From: Amoebidium appalachense
Lineage: Eukaryota > Protista > Ichthyosporea
Length of the DNA: 64,000 bases
Reading direction: 5' to 3'
NCBI GenBank assembly: GCA_963693365.1
Contig: CAVNZM010000001.1
Span: forward strand, 2,930,907 to 2,994,906
A program made the translations under genes and the position numbers. Positions 42,536 through 64,000 of this stretch are shown here, in pieces. How positions within the stretch are numbered: the first letter of the stretch is position 1; the number at the start of each line of letters is the position of its first letter. Under the pieces are notes generated by a model, which was not told where the DNA came from, did no database searches, and was given only the letters and a program-made list of their open reading frames with translations.

Positions 42536-43795
42536 AGTGCGTTGCTGGACATTGTGATGGGCTTTGAACAGTTCTGAATGCCGTGTCTGTTGGGGATGAC
42601 CTGCCAGGCCTAGGTGTACAGGCGTACACATGTCGTGTACGCTTGGCACTATTTGCTGGCACTATTTGCTCATTCAAGAGTGGAGATGTGCAGAGCTACG
42701 AGGCTAGAGTTTTTCTTTTTCAAGGTGTAAACTGTAATAAGCCAACAGGCTTGTGGGTTACTGTTAGTGTATGACAGAACACGGTGCTGTACAGTAGTAC
42801 GTGCGCGCGCACTGTGTTTCCGCTCACCGGATCGGAGGCCTTCGATCAGATAGAAAACATGATGAGTGTGAACACTTGAAAACAATTCCACATAAACAGG
42901 TGATCTCCCACAACTCTATAGAACACAGCAGCATGAGATTTAGTTATGAAAATTTGCTTTTGATAGCCCCGAAAATTGCCTAAAAAAGCAGCTGAACGCA
43001 ACCTCTGACTCAGGCTCTGAATCAATGAGGAGTCACATTTATTTTTGTTGAACTTAACCCAATTAGATGATGGTTTTTGTAGCCAATTATGGACAAGTAT
43101 AATGCGAAGGAATGTCACATAGCCCGGGCGCAGCTTGAGTCGAGCGCCCGACACCGTGTGCACTGGTGTAAAGGTGTGTGAGTTGTATGTGTATATACCT
43201 GAAATAATTTATACAGACATACAACAGCTTTGTTATACGTATTCTAAATTCCAGGTGTGAGATTTGCTCGACCCTGCAGCATGTTGCGTCTCATTCAATC
43301 TGAGAGCTACCTCTGCCAAGCTCAAAAACCTGCAAAACATTCCACGGAAAATGGGCAAATCGTCCACAAAAAACGGTTTCGTTACCGAAGAATTCTAAAC
43401 TAGCATTTTCCAAAAAGTGGTATAAAGAGTCCTAAAAAATTCTGAAAAGTTTAAGATATTATTTAGTAAGAAATATGTATAATAATATTCTACATTGTGC
43501 TATATTACACCCTTCAAGAAATACAACAACAGTAATACACACAGAGCAAGCCAATGAGCACTCCCCAACAACATTCCATTCGTCAAGTTCAGCGATGCCG
43601 TTTATCTGGGTCGGCTTCCTACACATCCTTCACACTTCAACGTGTGTGGCCTGCTGTGTGTTTGCATGTTATTGCTCCAGCTAAATGCTCTGTCAAAAAT
43701 CACAGGCAGAGGCTTCAATATCATATTTAGAAATAGGGGCACGTATAGTAGAATTAGTGCTGGTGTGTATATAGTGTAAATTAGATAGGGAGAGG

Positions 43796-64000
<20,205 letters not shown>

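Overview
Eukaryotic genomic DNA. Introns are GT-AG and packed with poly-G/poly-C, (CA)n/(TG)n and poly-A tracts, so most of the supplied ORF track is low-complexity noise. The organism cannot be fixed from this window; a unicellular holozoan (ichthyosporean- or choanoflagellate-like) is a low-confidence guess from the near-animal tRNA-iMet, the cbEGF domains and the intron style. Genes were spliced by hand with consistent phases. (1) Cdc14 dual-specificity phosphatase, minus strand, at least 11 exons, running off the left edge. (2) An intronless 5-TM LTA-synthase (LtaS/MdoB)-like alkaline-phosphatase-superfamily gene, plus strand. (3) PPIP5K/VIP1, minus strand, 29 exons, about 971 aa, with an initiator tRNA-Met, a MITE and three of four copies of a dispersed repeat in its introns. 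(4) A giant secreted protein, plus strand, over 5,200 aa and still open at the right edge: signal peptide, Cys-rich N-domain, RHAR site, then about 45 bacterial SdrD-B-like repeats punctuated by animal-type calcium-binding EGF domains. The best candidates for new biology are this chimeric giant adhesin-like protein, the LtaS-like gene, an intronic repeat family with hammerhead-like core motifs, and the microsatellite-built intron and splice-site architecture.
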